From assembly GCA_007120695.1 (NCBI GenBank), contig SKND01000403.1, positions 1-57,588 of the forward strand: 57,588 nucleotides of DNA. The letters are read 5' to 3'. The DNA comes from Bacteroidales bacterium (lineage in GTDB: Bacteria > Bacteroidota > Bacteroidia > Bacteroidales > PUMT01). The notes under the pieces are model-generated. The model searched no databases. It saw nothing but the letters and a program-made list of their open reading frames with translations, and was not told the DNA's origin. Shown here one piece after another: positions 57,437 to 57,588 of the stretch. Position 1 is the first letter of the stretch. The number at the start of each line of letters is the position of its first letter. Both the position numbers and the translations under genes were made by a program.

Positions 57437-57588
57437 TTTTATAGATTTTACAGATTATAATTTTACCATCCTCAAGTCTGAAAACTACACGGTCGTTTTC
57501 AATGATATTTCCGGCATTCTTATCCAATTCCAGTAACCGGCAAGGAGCTGATGATGCCATATACCATGCCCTGGAGAGATCCGCAAGG
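57405..57588 (-). CDS. nagA: 3' end of an amidohydrolase, probably N-acetylglucosamine-6-phosphate deacetylase. The 5' end lies outside the window.
   Basis: The open frame from the window edge reads LADLSRAWYMASSAPCRLLELDKNAGNIIENDRVVFRLEDGKIIICKIYKNG... This resembles the NagA C-terminus (MAS-xPA-LLGLD...G.I..G..AD.V.LD). It lies directly upstream of nagB. Confidence 0.5.
   Translation of the reverse strand, partial: LADLSRAWYMASSAPCRLLELDKNAGNIIENDRVVFRLEDGKIIICKIYKNGESITLPQC

Noticed and set aside
1-57588. CRISPR arrays, tandem repeat arrays, or defence and toxin-antitoxin cassettes.
   Set aside because: Reading all intergenic regions showed no regularly spaced direct repeats. No ORF carries nuclease, RT, ATPase or toxin hallmarks outside the housekeeping genes listed.

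Overview
This window looks like a Bacteroidota chromosomal segment. Many genes have TAnnTTTG -7 promoter boxes upstream and none has an obvious Shine-Dalgarno site. LptF/LptG, TonB-dependent receptor, GH20 and sigma-54 enhancer-binding-protein genes fit that assignment.

Most of the roughly 50 coding genes are housekeeping genes in tight, often overlapping operons:
- Translation and RNA: rsmG, tgt, fmt, an RluA-family synthase, cca, a DEAD-box helicase, and one tRNA with a CAU anticodon.
- Replication and stress: dnaB, dnaK, thioredoxin.
- Cofactors and isoprenoids: panB, ribBA, ispE, cdd.
- Envelope: two LptF/LptG-family permeases, three glycosyltransferases, and a LysM muramidase.
- A glycerol regulon: glpF, glpK, glpD and a divergent DeoR/GlpR regulator.
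- Amino-sugar and glycan salvage genes: GH20 hexosaminidase, an HGSNAT-like acyltransferase, an SGNH esterase, a serine hydrolase, nagB and a partial nagA.
- An acyl-CoA carboxyltransferase with a biotin carrier protein.
- A MacA-like adaptor, ABC ATPase and TolC operon next to a sigma-54 response regulator and histidine kinase pair.

Non-coding features I can support directly are a textbook TPP riboswitch in front of a TonB-dependent receptor, several rho-independent terminators, and several Bacteroidota-type promoters.

I found no CRISPR array, integrase, intact transposase or recognisable defence or toxin gene, and I cannot point to a clear new multi-gene system. The most unusual stretch is 43.6-45.7 kb. 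It holds an orphan CheR-type methyltransferase flanked by gene-poor DNA, a short IS630-type transposase remnant, and a ~315-nt UUCG-rich, ORF-free segment. That segment is bracketed by a good Bacteroidota promoter and a strong terminator, which makes it a candidate structured RNA that I cannot assign to a known family.

A ~64-nt intergenic module is repeated upstream of two unrelated genes, and a third copy of it is interrupted by a 59-nt insertion. This is the second item worth following up.

All calls come from reading the sequence and the translated ORFs. No database search was run, and start codons are best guesses.
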